Virus record (IMG/VR): IMGVR_UViG_3300037043_000064
Span: 1-36,695 of that record
DNA length: 36,695 nucleotides
Origin: a virus
Lineage: Duplodnaviria > Caudoviricetes
Reading direction: 5' to 3' (one strand)
The position numbers and the translations under genes are program-made. Shown here one piece after another: positions 33,331-36,695 of this stretch. A model generated the notes under the pieces. That model made no database searches, was not told the DNA's origin, and was given only the letters and a program-made list of their open reading frames with translations. Each line of letters opens with the position of its first letter. The stretch's first letter is position 1.

Positions 33331-34736
33331 GCCGCCCTCCCACCCGGCGCCTCGACGCCGGTCGAGACGTCGGTGATCCACCGCTGCAGGTAGTCGATGA
33401 CGCGCGTCGCCGCCGTCTTGGTCAGCTCGGTGCGGCTGGCGACCTTCTCCTTCTCGAACATGTAGAGGCGCCACTCGTCGCGGCCGACGCCGAGGCGCTC
33501 GAGCTCGGCGCACTGCGCGCCGAGGCGGGTGAGCTGGGCGGCGGTGACGGTGCCCTTCTTGCGCGGCTTGTCGTCCTCCGGCACAGCCGCCTTCTTGCCG
33601 TTGCCGGCCGTCTGGTCGAGGAACGCCCTGTCGGCCTCATCGAGGTCGTCGTCCCCTTCAGGGGCCTCTTGACCCTCACCAGTGGCCAAAGCGCCGCCAG
33701 GGGCCCTCCCTGCGTCTCCTGCGGCCTCCTCGAAGTCTTGCGCGCGCACGGGCGCGTCCGCGCGGGGCTTGACGCCCTCCGGGTCGGCGAATCCGCCGAT
33801 GATCTCGAGCAGACCGTCGAACTCGCTTGAGGGGATGCTCGTTAGGTGCTCGCCGTCGCCTATGCCCTTGCCGGCGAGGACGGAGAGGAACCACTTGCTC
33901 TCGCGTCCCTTCGCGAGGAGGCGCTCGTGCAGGTCGCGCGCCTGCGTCTTGGTGATGTGCCCGTTGCCCTGCGGCTCTTCCGCGCGGTCCTCCTGCTCGT
34001 CGCGCATGACCTGGCGGACCGGCCGTGGCGGCTCGGGTGAGGCGCCGGCGAGCCATGCGGCCAGCTCCTTGCCCGTCTTCTCGCTGGGCACCTCGAGGCG
34101 GTCGTCGAAGAGGCCGGTGCGGTCCTTCGACGCGCTGGCGATGTGTTCGCGCGAGAGGTCGAGCACGAGGGTGAACTCGTACTCAGCGTCCTTGCGCTGC
34201 TCGGGCGCCAGCCCGACCTTCTTCGGCACCTTCTTGCCGCGGTCGTTCTCCTCGATCACGTACTCGACCTTGGAGCGCATCGTGGCGATGACGTGGCACT
34301 TGCTCGCCAGCATCGCGTCGAAGAGCTTCTTCTGCAGCGGCGTGCCCTCTTTCCAGGCGGCGAAGCTGTTGCCGCTCGACTTCGCCTTGGCGACGCTGTC
34401 GACGAAGTCGAGGATGCCGCCCTCGCCGCTCCAGGCGTGGGTCAGCGAGTCGATGACGATGACCTCGAAGCCTTCCTCCTCGGCGGCGCCGATCGCCTTG
34501 ATGTAGCGGGCGACGGAGTAGGGCGGCTCGAAGTCGAGCACGGCGTAGGGGCCGAGGTCGGCATACAGGCTGCCGCTGCCGCGCTCCGTGTCGATGAGGG
34601 CGACCTTGGAGAGGTCGCCGCCGGTGAGGCCCTTGGCGATGAGCAGGGCGGAGTAGGTCTTGCCGCTGCCGCTCGGGCCGTCGATCGCCAGGCGCAGCTT
34701 CGCCTGGGTGCGTTGTGCTGTCTGGAACAGGGTCAT
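33327..34736 (-). CDS. AAA_24 / Sak4-like P-loop ATPase (recombination) with long C-terminal extension
   Basis: KLRLAIDGPSGSGKTYSAL, IDTERGS, IVIDSLTHAW, HVIATMRSK, EYEFTLVLD, SKDRT. Confidence 0.85.
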   Translation of the reverse strand: MTLFQTAQRTQAKLRLAIDGPSGSGKTYSALLIAKGLTGGDLSKVALIDTERGSGSLYADLGPYAVLDFEPPYSVARYIKAIGAAEEEGFEVIVIDSLTHAWSGEGGILDFVDSVAKAKSSGNSFAAWKEGTPLQKKLFDAMLASKCHVIATMRSKVEYVIEENDRGKKVPKKVGLAPEQRKDAEYEFTLVLDLSREHIASASKDRTGLFDDRLEVPSEKTGKELAAWLAGASPEPPRPVRQVMRDEQEDRAEEPQGNGHITKTQARDLHERLLAKGRESKWFLSVLAGKGIGDGEHLTSIPSSEFDGLLEIIGGFADPEGVKPRADAPVRAQDFEEAAGDAGRAPGGALATGEGQEAPEGDDDLDEADRAFLDQTAGNGKKAAVPEDDKPRKKGTVTAAQLTRLGAQCAELERLGVGRDEWRLYMFEKEKVASRTELTKTAATRVIDYLQRWITDVSTGVEAPGGRAA

Positions 34737-35098
34737 GCTTTCCCCTTCATTTCGCGTACCACCGCGCGTTCGGCGTCGAGGCCGGCGCGGTGAGCTTCAT
34801 CGTCCGTCTTGCCGTCGGCCAGAGCCGCGCGCAGGGCGGCGGCGTAGGCGTCCTGGCGGCGACGGCAGGTCAGCGCGGCTTCCTCGAGGGCGAGCGCCAG
34901 CTCGTGGTCGCGGTAGGTGGGACGCGCTGGCGGGTGGGCGGCGACGGCGGCGATGCCGGCGCCGAGTGATCCGGCGTCGCGGAGCGCGTCGAGGTACTCG
35001 TCCTCGGTGCGTGCCGCGCGGGCCGCATGGCGCACGTCGCCCGCGGCCTGCTCTTCATCCCACTGCTGCCACTCCGACCAGGCATCGGGCTCACGCAT
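34733..35098 (-). CDS. Hypothetical protein
   Basis: Ala-rich helical ORF overlapping the stop of the upstream gene and coupled to the ATPase. Confidence 0.65.
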   Translation of the reverse strand: MREPDAWSEWQQWDEEQAAGDVRHAARAARTEDEYLDALRDAGSLGAGIAAVAAHPPARPTYRDHELALALEEAALTCRRRQDAYAAALRAALADGKTDDEAHRAGLDAERAVVREMKGKA

Positions 35099-35324
35099 GG
35101 TGACCACCCCGGTCCGGCCGGATCCCGGCCAGCGCGGCGACGTCGTCCATGGTGAGGTTCGTGATGTCGACCCTGGACGGGCAGCAGGCCGCGCTCATCG
35201 GCTCGCCCTCGTCGCGCATCTCGACGGCGATGAGGCAGTCGGGTGCGGTGAAGGGGCCGATGCAGAACTCGCAGGCCAGGCAGTGCAGCTCGGAGCCCGG
35301 CGTGAATGTCGAGATGCCGGTCAT
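35091..35324 (-). CDS. Cys-rich hypothetical protein (77 aa)
   Basis: ATGA start overlap; CLACEFC...C...CC. Confidence 0.6.
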   Translation of the reverse strand: MTGISTFTPGSELHCLACEFCIGPFTAPDCLIAVEMRDEGEPMSAACCPSRVDITNLTMDDVAALAGIRPDRGGHHA

Positions 35325-35416
35325 GACGCTGCCGCCAGGGCGAGCAGCGCGATCGCCGCGCACAGGCCGATGAGGCCGGCGGTGAGGATGACGATCGTCC
35401 ATCCGAGGGTGTTCAT
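35321..35416 (-). CDS. 31-aa hydrophobic membrane peptide
   Basis: MNTLGWTIVILTAGLIGLCAAIALLALAAAS; ATGA overlaps at both ends. Confidence 0.6.
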   Translation of the reverse strand: MNTLGWTIVILTAGLIGLCAAIALLALAAAS

Positions 35417-35721
35417 CGCCGGCCGCCTTCCCGCGCCAGGTAGAGCACGCCGAAGATGAGCACGGCGAGCAGGCCGGCGACGAAGAGTTCGGGAGGCGTG
35501 TGGTCAGCGATGATGCCGCAGATCACGACCAGCGCGCTGATGACGAGGGGGAAGGCAGCGGCCGCGAGAATGTCACGAACCGTGCGTGAGAACGGACGAC
35601 TTGCCGTTGCATTGGTGTTACAATGCGCGGCGCCCTCGTCTTCTGTAGCGGTTGACTGTGGGCTGGTGGATGCGCCCCTCTCTGCCAAGGGAATGGGGCG
35701 CTCCGCCGTTAAGCGGAACAT
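35413..35721 (-). CDS. Two-TM membrane protein, first gene of the early operon
   Basis: TAAGGAG RBS; two hydrophobic segments in the C-terminal half. Confidence 0.65.
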   Translation of the reverse strand: MFRLTAERPIPLAERGASTSPQSTATEDEGAAHCNTNATASRPFSRTVRDILAAAAFPLVISALVVICGIIADHTPPELFVAGLLAVLIFGVLYLAREGGRR

Positions 35722-35806
35722 CTGGTCTCCTTATGTCGCGTTCACCCCTGCCGGTCCTTCCTTGGCGTCACCTCCTAGAAGTCCACTACTCCTGTTGACG
35801 GAACAG

Positions 35807-35835
35807 ACCCTACACGGATGGTATAGAGATGTCAA
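35807..35835 (-). promoter_or_regulatory. Housekeeping-sigma promoter for the early operon
   Basis: TTGACA (35835-35830), 17-nt spacer, TAGGGT (35812-35807). Confidence 0.8.
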
Positions 35836-36050
35836 GCGCCAGACTCAATAACTCTGCGAACGGCTTTCGCCGTGACGAGGCGGTCTCCTTTGCCAGGGCC
35901 GGCCGCCGTCCAGCGCCAGCCCTTGCCCTCGGGGCCGAAGTAGCCGTGTTCGATCCAGCGGATGATGGTGCGACGGTCTACCTCGAAGAGGACGGCGAGC
36001 TCGCCTGTCCTGTAGGGCTTCCTGCGCGTATTGTCAAATGTCGGACTCAC
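35832..36050 (-). CDS. MerR/BldC/excisionase-like HTH protein
   Basis: YRTGELAVLFEVDRRTIIRWIEHG...GDRLV; GGAGG RBS. Confidence 0.75.
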   Translation of the reverse strand: MSPTFDNTRRKPYRTGELAVLFEVDRRTIIRWIEHGYFGPEGKGWRWTAAGPGKGDRLVTAKAVRRVIESGA

Positions 36051-36145
36051 TCACCCTCCCGCAAGGCCGCGGCTCGGCGGCCCGCACACTCTACCATCTC
36101 ATCGTCACGGAAGCCGTTGAAATTGAATCGACTGCGGTGACGTTG

Positions 36146-36178
36146 AGGCCCCGGACGCAGCGTTGGCGCCCGGGGCCT
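36146..36178 (-). terminator. GC-rich hairpin after the small membrane protein gene
   Basis: AGGCCCCGG...CCGGGGCCT inverted repeat just downstream of the stop at 36192. Confidence 0.55.
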
Positions 36179-36191
36179 GGTCGGGGGGTCC

Positions 36192-36392
36192 TCAGAGCAG
36201 GGTATCGGGCCAGATGTACTTCTTGAGCCCGTACAGCACCGCGCCAAGGCCGAGGGCGAGCGCGGCGTTGGTAACGCCGACGCTCTCGAGTGCGCCGGGT
36301 TCGAGCAGGTAGGCGACGAGGCCGCCGATCAGCGGGAACACGACGGCCCAGAAGGCGCGGATGATGGCGGCGGTCAGTCTGCCGGTGTCCAT
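36192..36392 (-). CDS. Two-TM small membrane protein (holin-like)
   Basis: MDTGRLTAAIIRAFWAVVFPLIGGLVAYLL...ALALGLGAVLYGLKK. Confidence 0.6.
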   Translation of the reverse strand: MDTGRLTAAIIRAFWAVVFPLIGGLVAYLLEPGALESVGVTNAALALGLGAVLYGLKKYIWPDTLL

Positions 36393-36399
36393 TGTTGAT

Positions 36400-36603
36400 T
36401 CACCCCCCTTGCATCTTGAGCAGTTCCGAGCGGACGAACGAGCCGAGCACCTGGTAGGGGCGGCCGCGACCGGGGCTGGCCGAGCGCACCGGCCAGGTGC
36501 CACGCTGACACCGCTTGGTCGCTGTGGCGCGCGAGATCCCCAGCATGTCGGCTGCCTCAGCCGCCGTGTACCAGCGGCGCCTGGCTTGTTGGTGCTCGTC
36601 CAT
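36400..36603 (-). CDS. HTH_17 / excisionase-like DNA-binding protein, probably leaderless
   Basis: WYTAAEAADMLGISRATATKRC; ATG 6 nt after the TACGTT -10 box. Confidence 0.75.
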   Translation of the reverse strand: MDEHQQARRRWYTAAEAADMLGISRATATKRCQRGTWPVRSASPGRGRPYQVLGSFVRSELLKMQGG

Positions 36604-36608
36604 GCCGC

Positions 36609-36636
36609 GAACGTAGCAAGCAGGGCTGTAGGAGGA
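36609..36636 (-). promoter_or_regulatory. Phage promoter-like motif TCCTCCTACA-N8-TGCTACGTT
   Basis: Boxes identical to the 3261-3290 copy with a different spacer. Confidence 0.7.
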
Positions 36637-36695
36637 TGCTCAACCGTCGAGCCAGCGGTAGACGGCGATGACGACGACGCACCAGAGGACGACGA

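Noticed and set aside
35795-35827. Plus-strand promoter TTGACG...TATAGA
   Set aside because: The 21-nt spacing is too long and no credible plus-strand gene lies downstream.
245-36226. Many long plus-strand and alternate-frame ORFs (e.g. 3150-4571, 19448-21376, 23418-24920, 5861-8035)
   Set aside because: They are shadow frames of GC-rich minus-strand genes: Arg/Ala/Pro-rich, with no recognisable motifs, and fully overlapping well-supported genes.

Overview
This is a high-GC (actinobacterial-style codon usage) siphovirus genome, probably near-complete and circularly permuted. Every credible gene is on the minus strand, and most are chained by ATGA/GTGA/TGATG overlaps. In transcription order (high to low coordinate) it has: small HTH regulators and a consensus TTGACA-N17-TAGGGT promoter; an early recombination/replication module (AAA_24/Sak4-like ATPase, SSB, DnaB-N/RecA-type helicase followed by an iteron-rich putative origin, GIY-YIG, VRR-NUC); an attP-like tRNA-Glu(CTC) fragment with flanking repeats; packaging and head genes; tail genes (two paralogous tail tube genes, frameshifting chaperone, tape measure, Dit-like, LamG/FN3/NHL tail tip); lysis genes; and accessory genes. 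I see no integrase or CI-type repressor. The standout is a three-part cassette at 32089-33330: a conserved accessory gene, an 88-nt non-coding array of 18 GGC units separated mostly by variable dinucleotides, and a stand-alone RAMP/Cas7-like gene with no CRISPR array or other cas genes. It is a candidate phage-encoded RNA-guided system with a gapped (non-contiguous) guide code. All family calls come from motif recognition by eye; no searches were run.
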